The notes under the pieces: model-generated
Seen by the model: only the letters and a program-made list of their open reading frames with translations
Databases searched by the model: none
What the model was told of the DNA's origin: nothing
In this document: positions 54,142 to 64,000 of the stretch, piece after piece
How the letters are laid out: the number at the start of each line of letters is the position of its first letter
Position numbering within the stretch: the stretch's first letter is position 1
Program-made: the position numbers and the translations under genes
Origin: Octopus vulgaris
Lineage: Eukaryota
NCBI GenBank assembly: GCA_951406725.2
Contig: OX597814.1
Location: 31,310,001-31,374,000, forward strand
Reading direction: 5' to 3'
DNA length: 64,000 nt

Positions 54142-54831
54142 GGTAGAAATTTGAAATTGATATCAACCAATTAAAACCAGTGGCTTAGCATATTTAAAAA
54201 ATCCGAAGATTAGAAATTATGTTACATTCAAAACTAAGTAATGCCGATTTGACGTATATGTTTAGCATATTAGGCGCCCACTTTAGTGGTCATTCCTCTT
54301 AATTTTGTATGTAACACAATTTTTAATCTTCGAATTTTTTAAATATGCTAAGCCACTGGTTTTAATTGATTAATATCAATTTCTAACCTTATTATTTAAT
54401 TTTAAATGAAAATGTTCTCTAAACGGTAAATTAGCTGCTGAAATTCATTAACTGCTGAGTTATTTCTGGCCTCAATACGCCAAAGTGAAGACATTTGAAA
54501 AATACACCCAAATATAAATTGTAGAACTTTATACATACTTTATTTCGGTTGAGCGTTCTGTATCTAGTTTTGGAAATTGTGTTTTGTAAGCGACAGACTA
54601 GGCTGACGATCTTGCAGATATTTGCCTGTTTACATACGTAAATATTTACAAGTGAAACCGTGGTACGTAGGTATTCGTCTTTAATTTCGTATTTTCATTT
54701 GTCCTGCTCGTTTTTATATTTTGGCGTTTTGCTGAGATTTTATCTTGAGAACACATTCTTCGTGGTAATGGCGATTTGACGTCTATGTTTAGCATAATAG
54801 GTGTCCACTTTAGTGGTCATTCCTCTTAATT
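54142..54831 (+). mobile_element. Penelope pLTR-like non-coding element: 527-bp period, 67-bp direct repeat, ~95-bp inverted 5' segment, internal HHR
   Basis: 54238-54304 resembles 54765-54831; 54142-54238 is an inverted copy of 54298-54389; (TA)n on both sides. Confidence 0.8.
54588..54681 (+). ncRNA. Type I hammerhead ribozyme with a long stem II and U-U at 10.1/11.1
   Basis: CTAGG / CTGACGA / T-CTTGCAGATATTTGC...GTAAATATTTACAAG-T (14 of 15 pairs) / GAA / ACCGTGGT / A / CGTAG. Confidence 0.75.
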
Positions 54832-54928
54832 AAATAAATATATATATATATAACTTACATATATTGATAGAAATAGTAAGACAAAAAAAGAATGAAAAAG
54901 ACCTCGATATTATGTAAATAGAGGAATT

Positions 54929-55194
54929 TATCTTTAAATGTAATATGTGACAATTATTCGGTAGCCATGATAAAACTCCGATTTTCAGATGTCGGGGTGG
55001 AAATCCACGCCGCCATCTTTTCAGTTATCCGGCCATCGGAAAAATGCTATGAAAATGACCCCTCTATTTCTGAAGCATTTTTTCTGATGGCTGGATAACT
55101 GAAGAGATGGCGGCGTGGATTTCCACTCCGACATCCGAAAATCGGAGTTTTATCATGGCTACCGAATAATTGTCACACATTACATTTAGAGATA
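54929..55194. repeat. Palindrome of two inverted ~120-bp PLE pLTR copies, each with an HHR-like motif (55094-55154 +, 54969-55029 -)
   Basis: Arms 54929-55048 and 55074-55194; GATAA / CTGAAGA / GATG...CATC-C / GAA / AATCGGAGT / T / TTATC; homologous to 59175-59268. Confidence 0.85.
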
Positions 55195-55939
55195 TAACTT
55201 ACTTATATATAACTTCTTTCAGTTCCTGTCTACCAAATCAACTCACAAGGCTTTAGTTGGCCCAGGGCTATAGTAAATGTTACTTGCTCAAGATGCCACT
55301 CGGACTGAAGTGATTGTGAAAGAAACTTCTTACCATGCACTTAAAACAGTGTCACCACTCCCATAATTGTTACATTCATCACTAAAACCACCAACATTAC
55401 TACCACAAGTAGTACATCCATTAACGCCAAGACTTGTATCAACAATAGTACTATCACCTACTCTTTCTGTCACCTCACATACCACTTCACTACCACCACA
55501 ACCAGGCTGCCACAAATAACACCACTTTAGTAACAGATAAATCATCACCACTGTATTCTCCTCACGACCAACCTCAATGGTTGGATGTTACAGAACATTT
55601 CGCAGCGGTTATGCAACTATTCTATCCTACCAGGCTTATATCACTATTGGCGCGCCAGAACCACACCTTATCATCAACACCAACTCAACCCATATAAACA
55701 AGAAACAGACCAACAATACAATCACTACCACTAACAACAACACTACTACTAACACCACTACCACCACTAACAACAACACTATCGCCATTACCAATACATC
55801 ATCTCATGATGCCCATTAACTACCGAAACCGACGCCGGCACCACTAACAACAATAACAACAAAGTCACCACTGATGCTGCCCCACTCCCACCACAACGAC
55901 CACTACCACCGATGTCTTCACAACTATTAAGAACATCAT

Positions 55940-57000
55940 TCAAAGTTTGGCACAAGGCCAGCAATTTTGGGAGATAGGTTAGTCGGGTACCTCGACCTCA
56001 GTGCTTAAATAGCGCTTATTTTATGGAGCCTGAAACGATGAAAGGCAAAGTCGACTACGGCCGAATTTGAACTCAGAACGAAAAGACATGAAATGCCGCT
56101 AAATATTTTGTCCGGCGTGCTAACGATTCTGCCAGCTCACCATCTTAAAGGACATTAATGATATGTTTCAAATTTTGGTCGATTACATCGACCCCACTGC
56201 TCAACTGGTACCTTATTTTATTTATCGACCCCGAAGAGATGAGAGGCAAAGTCGACATCGCTGTAATTTGAACTCAGAACGTGTAGACGGACAAAATACC
56301 GGTAAGCATTTCGCTCGGCGTGCTAACAATTCTGTCAGATCACCGCCTTAATAGTAATAATAATCCTTTCTACTGTAGGCACAAGGTCCAAAATTTGAGT
56401 GAAGGGATTACGTCGATTACATCGACCCCAGTGTGTAACTGGTACTTATTTAAACGACTCCGAAAGGATGAAAGTCAAAGTTGATCTCGGCGGAACTTGA
56501 ACTCAGTACGTAGCGACAGACAAAATACCACGTGCTAACGATTCTTATTCCTTTATTGCCCACAATGGTTAAACTTAGAGGAGACAAACAAGGACAGACA
56601 AAGGGATTAAGTCGATTACATTCACTCCAGTGCCTAACAGGTACTTAATTTATCAACCCCGAAAGGATGAAAGGCAAAGTCGACCTCAGCGGAATTTGAA
56701 CTCAGAACGTAACATCAGAAGATGTTAAGAATTTCGCTAAGAATTTCACTCGGCGTACTAACGATTCTGCCAGCTCGCCGCCTTCTTGGAAGTAACAATA
56801 ATAACAAAACTTTTTCAAATTGTGATACAAGGCCAGCAAATTCGAGGAATAAGAAGAATCACTTTGAACCCGCTGGTCAAATGGCGCTTATTTTATCGAC
56901 CTCGACGGAATTTGATCTCTGAACGTAAAGACGGGGAAAATGCCGCTAACATTTTACCACTCGTGCTAACAATTCTGCCAGCTAATTCTGCCAGCTAATT
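55940..57000 (-). mobile_element. Head-to-tail cluster of about five SINE family B copies
   Basis: Repeated GATTACATCGACCCC, GATGAAAGGCAAAGTCGAC, TTGAACTCAGAAC and GTGCTAAC motifs. Confidence 0.88.
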
Positions 57001-57806
57001 CTGCCTGACTAATGATATCAACATTACGAACCCTACTACTTCTCTGTCACTACTTTTCTACCTGTTGGTTTTTATTTTCCACAGAAGTTTTTCTTTCTTT
57101 TCTTGAGTTACTTCCTTGCTTTTGCTGTTTTGTATTATTCATTTTTTGTTGTTGTTGTTTTTGTAGTCAATGTACTGGTTTTTCAGCAGTTGCTATTACT
57201 CTTGTTGTTGTTGTTGCTGTAGCTGTGGGTGACAATAAATTCATAATTTTTTTCTACCCAATAATACCGGAATTTATTTTCTCACGTCTCCCTAGTCTCA
57301 GTCGGTATATTTCTCTTTCACGCATAAAAGAAAAAAATCAGCGTATAGTATGCACAAACTACCCCACCCCAAAACACACTAACACATACACAACAAATGC
57401 ACTTCTACAAACGCACGACCACTTATTCACACAAACTTACAATTTTACACGCGTTCCTATTAAAGGTTAATATAGGGAAAAAAGGGCACATGAAATGAAA
57501 ATAACATATTTACGTATACATATATAAACATGTAGAAATTCATAAATTACGTTATGTATCATCACAAAATAAGATACACGACTATATATATACATATATA
57601 TAGTGTAATAAATAAAATATATGCATACATACAAACATATATGTACGTACCTACATCTACATGTATATATACATGCATATATAAATATATATACGTGAGT
57701 ACAGGACACCACAACTAGACGTAGAACTCAACGAGAAACGAAAACGGAAAAACCATTTTTTTACAACAGAAAAACAGAGTACAGGACATACTACACAAGG
57801 AAAAAC

Positions 57807-57868
57807 TTGGCCTGCTCGCTTAGCCAGCGGGGTGGCGTCATTCGAAGGCGTCATTCGGTCACGTGATC

Positions 57869-57872
<4 letters not shown>
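57807..57872 (+). mobile_element. Internally deleted SINE D short-tail module
   Basis: TTGGCCTGCTCGCTTAGCCAGCGGGGTGGCGTCATT...CGGTCACGTGATCACG. Confidence 0.75.
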
Positions 57873-57903
<31 letters not shown>

Positions 57904-58204
57904 GTATATATAATATATATATATATATCCACATGCATCTATCTTGGCTTGCCTGTTACGTTGAGCTCTGTGTGTGTATGTGTGTGTGTGTGAAACCTTT
58001 CATACTTCATTTTAATTTACCTATATTGCCACTTGTCAACCCTACTTTACAACGTACCTAACCGTCCATCTTTTCCTCCATCCATCCGTATGTCTATCTG
58101 TCTGTGTGTCTGACAGTGCGTCTGTCTCTGTCTCCTCTGTCTATATATGTCTGTGTTTCTATATATGTATTTATATATATATAAATACATATATATATAT
58201 ATAA

Positions 58205-58252
<48 letters not shown>

Positions 58253-58554
58253 GTGACCGTGACCGACCAGGCTATCAGATGTTGCTACACATTGCTGGTC
58301 ACAATGCGCTTCGCATTGTTTTAGCCTTCAAATGAGGCCACCCAGCTGGCTAAGCGGGCAGGCCAACAGAAGAAAGAGTGAGAGAAAGTTGTGACGAAAG
58401 AGTACAGCAGGGATCGCCACCACTCCCTGCCGGAGCCTCGTGGAGCTTTAGGTGTTTTCGGTCAATAAACACTCACAACGCTCGGTCTGGTAATCGAAAC
58501 CGCGATCCTACCATCTCGAGTCCGCTGCCCTAACCACTGAGCCATTGTGCCTCC
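58253..58554 (-). mobile_element. SINE family D, full-length, short-tail variant, in (TA)n
   Basis: tRNA-like head TGGCTCAGTGG...GTTTCGATTACC; body shared with 16471-16661; different 3' end. Confidence 0.9.
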
Positions 58555-58614
<60 letters not shown>

Positions 58615-58635
58615 GTATATATATATATGTATATA

Positions 58636-58683
<48 letters not shown>

Positions 58684-58715
58684 TATATATATATGTATGT
58701 ATATACATATACATA

Positions 58716-59268
58716 TACAAAAGAAAAGCGACACAATTGTCTAATCATATGGTCTTTAAGAGATAAAGGTGTCGATTATAACATACAATGGAAGATTTTG
58801 GCCAGATGTAAGCCCTATACTAACGGCAGCGGAAGGTGCGGTCTATGCGACATGGAGAGATGGCTTATCTGGAAAAGCAGCTTAGACCCTACTACATGTC
58901 TAAATACAAGGACAGAGCTTTTCGGATCATGCCCACATGTGACTAAGTTTCTGTTACGTTTTTGGTCCCCTAAAGAAAACAGATAGAACATGCTTTCTAT
59001 GTTATGTCCCAAGAAGAATTTATATATTTTTATATATTTTTTATATATTTTTTATGTATTTTTATATAATTTTTATGACGAAAAATGCGAGCGATGTATA
59101 AGTACGCAGGCAAGCAGAGTTATAACAGAGTAATTTCCCTTTATTTAACGGTATTTTTTCATAACGTTTTCAAATAGCCAGAAAACCGAAGAGATGGTGT
59201 TGTGGATTTCCACTTCGGCATCTGAAACTCAGAGTTTTATCTTGACTACCGAGTAATGTAACATATTG
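58716..59268 (+). mobile_element. 3' end of a Penelope-like element: GIY-YIG C-terminal ORF remnant plus 3' UTR/pLTR with an HHR-like motif
   Basis: [26 protein letters not shown]...YTNGSGRCGLCDMER...LNTRTELFGSCPH (one frameshift); HHR-like motif at 59175-59248; (TA)n on both sides. Confidence 0.88.
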
Positions 59269-59276
59269 TATAGATA

Positions 59277-59332
<56 letters not shown>

Positions 59333-59358
59333 ATGTTGGGACCAGACACGAGACTCTA

Positions 59359-59390
<32 letters not shown>

Positions 59391-59392
<2 letters not shown>

Positions 59393-60118
59393 TAGAGTCT
59401 CGTATCTGGTCCCAACATGGCATCGCAAGGAGAACAAAAGTTGCTGTGTACCGTGCTTGTGTACTGACATCGCTTCTCTACTCATGTGAGATATGGACTC
59501 TGTACAAACGTCAGGTAAGGGTCCTTGAACGTTTTCATCAGAGATGTCTCAGACACATTCTCAATGTTGGCTGGACCTCAAAAATTCCAGCCACACAGAT
59601 CCTGAGGACAGCTGATATCTTGAGTATTGAGGCGATGGTACACAAGCACCGGTTGCGTTGGACTGGACACCTTATTAGAATGGAGGATAGAAGGATTCCT
59701 AAGCAGATGCTCTATGGAGAACTTGTGAATGGAAGGAGACTCCGGCAGAAACTAAGGCTACGATTTAAGGACTGTGTCAAGTCCTCGTTAAAGGCTTTTG
59801 ATATACAGGACACTGACTGGGAGAACAATGCCTGTCATCGCCACAGATGGAGGAAGCAGGTTAAGGAGGGGATCGATACTTTTGAGAGAGCACATATCCA
59901 GCATGAAGAACTTAAGCGAGCTGCACGAAAGCGCACGGCTCGTATAGTGAATGGGGAAAGCTTGGTCTGCAATGTTTGCAGTCGTGTATGCTTGTCAAGA
60001 GCAGGGCTCATTAGCCACCAACGGAGCCGCAAATGCAAAATATAAGTTAGTCCTAGAGCGCACAATGTTCCTGAAGGTCGGCAATGGTCTTCCTCGGTCA
60101 CGAGTGGACGGCCATCAT
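59391..60118 (+). mobile_element. 5'-truncated RTE (BovB-like) LINE 3' end with an open ORF to 60045
   Basis: TKVAVYRACVLTSLLYSCEIW, FHQRCLRHIL, RLRWTGHLIRM, RIPKQMLYGEL, CNVCSRVC..GLISHQR, 3' hairpin. Confidence 0.93.
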
Positions 60119-60161
60119 ATATATATATATATATATAACAGCCATGTTGTAGTGGAAATAA

Positions 60162-60217
<56 letters not shown>

Positions 60218-60231
60218 GTGTGTGTGTGGAA

Positions 60232-60345
60232 GTGATGTTTATTTCCACTTCAACATGGCTGTTACGTAGGAACCGACGTTACTGCCCTATTTAACCCCAA
60301 GGACACCTCCAGTTGGTTATCGATGCAATCTGCATCCGATATATA
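60232..60345 (-). repeat. Diverged relative of the 144-bp repeat of the element at 8714-9210
   Basis: GTGATGTTTATTTCCACTTCAACATGGCT...CCCCAAGGACACCTCCAGTTGG vs GTGACGTATTTTTGCCATTTCAATATGGCT...CCCCAGGAGGACACACTCCTCCAGCTGG. Confidence 0.6.
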
Positions 60346-60526
60346 TTGTAAGCAGGTGAGCGAGCCCCCACCATCTTCCAGCTGTATGATAAGAAGCTTG
60401 CTTCACAACAACATGGTTCCGGATTCAGGCCCTCTGCGCTGGGCAAAGGTCTGCTACTATAGCTTCGGGTTGATCAAAGCCTTGTGAGTAAATTTGGTAG
60501 ACGGAAACTGAAAGAAGCAAACCATG

Positions 60527-61755
60527 TATGAGCTCAGCAAGGCAATTACAGTCTAGTAGCAGGCAAAGCTCCAGACAGCGAAAGCATCCCACCAGCTCTC
60601 ATCAAGCGCTGCAAGATTACCCTGCTGTACCTTTTGCACGGAGTCCTCTGCCAGTGCGGGAGAGAGGGAGCCGTACCGCAAGACATGAGAGATGCAAAAT
60701 TGTTATGCTGTACAAGAACAAGGATGAAAGAAGTGACTGTAACAGCTATAGAGGCATCTCCCTCCTCAACATCGTTGGCAAAGTCTACCCTCTGGCCCTT
60801 CTGACCTCTCTGCAGAAGTTGGTTGAGCATGTCTACCCAGAATCACAGTGTGGCTTCCGAGCTTAAAGGTCCACTGTAGACATGATCTTTTCCCTTCGTC
60901 AACTCCAGGAGAAGTGCAGGGAGCAGCAGTTTCCCCTATCTGTTGCATTCATCAACCTTACCAAGGCCTTCGACCTCGTCAGCACAGACGGCCTCTTCAA
61001 GGCTCTCCATAAGATTGGCTGCCCTCCAAGACCGCACAGCTTAATTGAGTCCTTTCATTCACACATGAAGGGGACTGTGCAGTTTAAAAGCAATCTTTCA
61101 GAACCCTTCAACATACGCAGCGTAGTCAAGAAAGGCTGTGTGTTTGCCCCAAAGATCTTTAGGATCTTCTTCTCCTGAGTCGCGCTTTCGGCACAGCACA
61201 AAAGGAATCTATATGCGGACCAGATCAGATGGCAGGCTCTTCAATCTTGCCCGCCTAAAAGCGAGGACAAAGTTCTGTGAAGCTGTCATCAGAGACATTC
61301 TATTTGCTGACGACGCTGTAGTTACGACCCACTCCTAACAGGAGCTGCAGCTGCTAATTGACGGCTTCTCCCAGGCCTGCAAGGACTTTGGGCTGACCAT
61401 CAGCCTGAAGGAAAAATGTCCTGGAGCAAGGCACATCAGCACAACCAGGAGTCACCATCGATGACAACGAACTTGAAGTTGTTCATCAAATCGCCTACCT
61501 TGGATCCACCATCACTGTCAACATCTCTCCGATGCCGAGATTGATAAGAGAATTGGCAATGCAACCACTACGCTTGCGCGCCTCACATGAAGAGTGTGGA
61601 CAAACCCAAAGTTGACAGTGAAAACAAAGATGGCTGTGTACAACGCCTGTATCCTCAGCACCATGTTGTATGGCAGCGAGACATGGACCACATAAGCTCG
61701 TCAGGATAAAAAGCTGAACGCTTCCATCTCAGAAGCCTACGACACATACTGTCAT
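60527..61755 (+). pseudogene. Decayed RTE LINE reverse transcriptase region
   Basis: CNSYRGISLL, PESQCGFR, DMIFSLRQLQEKCREQ, LTKAFDLV, LFADD, AYLGS, LYGSETW, with stops and frameshifts. Confidence 0.92.
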
Positions 61756-61877
61756 TCTCGCATTGGTCTCCATATCCACAGAAGGCGCTGCTCAAGCCGA
61801 GCGGCCCAACTTAGACAATAAATAGACGGACATGATGCCCATGGTCAGCCACGATCCGAAGGTGGCCTAAGAAGACC

Positions 61878-62064
61878 TACTGAAAGAGAGGATTTACGTC
61901 AACAAACCGAAGATCCTCGTGCAACTGAAGCAGAACATCAATAGAGAAATCAGAGAAGTGGGGCCTGAAATTCTTGAGGGTATTATTGTGCAAGTTTTGG
62001 AAAGAGTACCGGCGTGCGAATCGAAAATGGCTGCCATTTAGGCGATGTCATTTTTCATATGTGA
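61878..62064 (+). pseudogene. C-terminal remnant of a Tc1/mariner (rosa/DD41D-like) transposase
   Basis: LKERIYVNKPKILVQLKQNINREI...VLERV..C / NGCHLGDVIF. Confidence 0.65.
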
Positions 62065-63020
62065 TGTAGTGCTGTTGCAAATTTGACTTGTGCATATTAA
62101 TTTCTGTTATGTCCTTTATATTGTATCAAAGTTCTATGCATTTATTTGTGAAGTTAAGGAAGTTATTAAAAATTGTTTGGAATAAAGTTAATATATATAT
62201 AATATTAATAAATGTATATATATTATACAATTATTCTGGATTATAATATTCAATTTATATTTTCGTTGAGTTGTACTGCACATTCTCAAAAAAAAATGAG
62301 CAGGGAATGAAACCGGATTTATATCAATGCTTTCAAACGATGAAATTATTCACCTGTATTCACCTTGAAATGCATTCACATACAGAGATACCAGGTCATA
62401 TACGCACCTATATACACACTGCCGTTAGAAACTTTTCCCCAAATATGGGTAATCTGCTTGGGTAATTTTCGGCGAAATTTGTCCAAGTACCGTTTTAATG
62501 TTTTGGAGTATTTTCCTGCTTCGTTTTCTCTCGGGATAACATTGAATATAAGAAGGCGATTAAAGGCAAAATGATATGTAATGTGAGTTTGATACTTGTA
62601 TAGGTGTATGATACGGGAAATAACATGTTTAATAGCAAAATCATTTGGACAGTGTTGATGTAGTATTCTCTGTGTTCTAAAATTTATGTTGCTTTGGGAT
62701 GCATTGTTGAGTACTTTGAAAGGATCTCAACAACCATGACCTGAGGTGCTCTTATTCTTCATAACCTTTTAGTGAGTGTCGGGAAACAATAGGGGGCAGT
62801 GATATTCAAGGTGAGACTTAGCAAATGTTGAGAAGAGCAGTTTTGTGGTATCAAGATGTACGGACAGGAAATGTAAATGTGCAAATAAGTTCATTCTGTG
62901 AATTATATCGACTTATTTTTCATGTGCGCACCCCAGCTTATGTAGTTTACAGTAGTTACAATACAGTCTGATACATTTAGAAATATGAAAATAAGAGGGT
63001 GTGTGTATGTGTGTGTATAC

Positions 63021-63072
<52 letters not shown>

Positions 63073-63084
63073 GTATGTGTGCGT

Positions 63085-63414
63085 TGAGAACCCCTTAACT
63101 TGGCTGACCGTGAGATTGCACCTAGAAAGTTACCCTCAGAGGCACAAGTCCGGGCAAGGTTGTTTATGGAAGACCAGCAGTCGCCCATACATACCGGCCT
63201 CTCCTCTCCACGCCACCAGTGTTATCCAAGGGAAAGGCAAAAGCCGATACAGCTTGGCACCTGTGACGTTGCAACTCATTTCTACAGCTGAGTGAACTGG
63301 AGCAACGTGAAATAAAGTGTCTTGCTCGAGAACACAACACGCAGCTCGGTCCGGGATTAGAACTTACAACCTCACGATCGTATGCTCGACGCTTTAACCA
63401 CTGAGCTATGCGCC
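63085..63414 (-). mobile_element. SINE family C, full-length, with 10-bp TSD
   Basis: Head GGCGCATAGCTCAGTGGTTA...AGTTCTAATCCC, CORE-like TCGAGCAAGACACTT; ATGTGTGCGT at 63075-63084 and 63415-63424. Confidence 0.9.
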
Positions 63415-63807
63415 ATGTGTGCGTAAACATATTTTATATACATATACACACATTTACATATATATTTATACACGACGTACAAATATACAAGCACAACACA
63501 CCCATAGATAAACACACACATACGAGCGCGCGCGCACATGCACACACACACACACACACACACGCACACACTCACAAACTCACATACTGAAAACTCTCAC
63601 AGGTTTTCCGTGGACAAAACTTCACTCACAACTTTTGGTCGACCTACCGAAGAATGAATAAAGGACACTTGACAAGGTACCGACAATTGAATGACAACGA
63701 ATTTGTATCCGAGCGAAATTCTTGACGAAATATCATGCATTCTACGCATACATACATCACATAGGTATATGCATGCACAGATATACACATACTTATGTAC
63801 ACATATG

Positions 63808-63889
<82 letters not shown>

Positions 63890-64000
63890 CATATATATAT
63901 ATGCATATATATATATGTATATATATATATACACACACATATATATATGTATATAGATAAAGAGTAAAGAAATATATATATATGTATATATATAAGTGTG

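Overview
AT-rich eukaryotic DNA saturated with microsatellites ((TA)n, (TATC)n, (CA)n, trinucleotide runs) and transposable elements. I found no supportable host protein-coding gene; almost every ORF in the supplied track is a translated microsatellite or a TE fragment. The repeat inventory suggests a coleoid cephalopod, probably Octopus (inference from repeat content only). Recognisable content: (1) a near-intact 5'-truncated CR1-group LINE with a single premature stop, plus RTE, R4/Dong-like and CR1 LINE fragments; (2) a full-length decayed mariner, Tc1/pogo/rosa-like remnants, a Tc2-like MITE, a hAT MITE and a Helentron-type element; (3) dozens of copies of at least four modular tRNA-derived SINE families. 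The most striking feature is not in the ORF track. Nine type I hammerhead-ribozyme (HHR) motifs from about six unrelated families sit in short non-coding elements at (TA)n tracts, some with direct-repeat and/or fold-back architecture. One is a fully canonical extended HHR inside a 353-bp unit with a perfect 144-bp terminal direct repeat (retrozyme- or mini-Penelope-like). Another lies in the 3' UTR of a Penelope-like GIY-YIG ORF remnant. Several carry recurrent non-canonical core positions (U10.1-U11.1, U6). HHR-bearing Penelope elements and retrozymes are known classes, so any novelty lies in these families and variants. All folds and alignments were done by eye and no activity is demonstrated.
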